Source: Lama guanicoe (Eukaryota). From it: a stretch of 64,000 bases of DNA. The first letter of the stretch is position 1. Each line of letters opens with the position of its first letter. Both the position numbers and the translations under genes were made by a program. This document shows positions 63,470 through 64,000 of the stretch, piece by piece. The notes below the pieces were generated by a model. That model did not search any database, was not told where the DNA came from, and saw only the letters and a program-made list of their open reading frames with translations. The stretch is taken from the NCBI GenBank assembly GCA_013239625.1, contig MU053482.1, forward strand, positions 1,897,168 to 1,961,167, in the 5' to 3' direction.

Positions 63470-63685
63470 AGTAATCACAGCTAACATTAATGAGCGCTTA
63501 CCTTAGTCAAGAGTGTCAGATGCATGATTTCATCCAGTCCTTGGTTGATGTTATTATCATTCCCATTTCAGAGATGAGGAAACAGAGGCCAAGAAACTTG
63601 CCCAAGATCATAAAGCTTGCAAGCGGTTAAGCCAGGATTTGAGTTCAGGCAGCCAGATCTGGAGCCTGTGCTTTTAACCAGTATG
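63470..63685 (-). mobile_element. MIR SINE
   Basis: 'attatcattcccatttcagagatgaggaaacagaggcc...cttgcccaagatca...gccaggatttgagttcaggcag'. Confidence 0.85.
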
Positions 63686-64000
63686 ATATTTTATATAGAG
63701 TGCCTGGACACACATGCCAGACTGCAGTGCTTCCATACTGGAGCAGAAAAGTGTGCCAAAGTCATGGAAGCACCACCAAATTTACATGTGATTCATATGG
63801 GCTCAGGGAACTAAGATTCAATTTGCCAAGAAAAGAAAATTTTTATTCTACTCCACTAAAATACCAAGAAAACTTGACTTTTTCCTCATAGCAACAGGTC
63901 AATATACCACATAGTTCAACCGTTGAATTTCAATCTTATTTAAATTCAAACATTCCTTGTCTGAAGAAATGCTACATGAATATATTTCATTGATCAAAAT

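Noticed and set aside
1..64000. CRISPR arrays, operons, rRNA or prokaryotic systems
   Set aside because: Sequence is mammalian; no regularly spaced repeat-spacer structure or rRNA similarity seen

Overview
Mammalian genomic DNA, very probably camelid (two copies of a tRNA-derived SINE resembling Vic-1, at ~23.0 and ~51.3 kb). Bases 1 to ~49.5 kb are GC-rich and intergenic, and I can support no protein-coding gene there. They hold many ancient interspersed repeats (MIR, L2, L3/CR1, MLT1/MLT2 and ERVL LTRs, MER3/MER33/MER2/Tigger). They also hold about ten sharply bounded AT-rich, non-repeat islands dense in homeodomain (TAAT/ATTA) motifs, which look like conserved non-coding enhancer elements of a developmental gene outside the window. 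Beyond ~50 kb the sequence becomes AT-rich and L1-rich. It contains the 3' end of a minus-strand protein-coding gene I cannot name: a 49-nt exon (54033-54081) splices in frame to a terminal exon (CDS 52681-52893), followed by a 3' UTR with two AATAAA signals. Almost all ORFs in the supplied track are chance ORFs. Repeat family names come from recalled consensus similarity, not a database search. I found no evidence of a wholly new biological system. The best leads are the unidentified gene end and the putative enhancer array.
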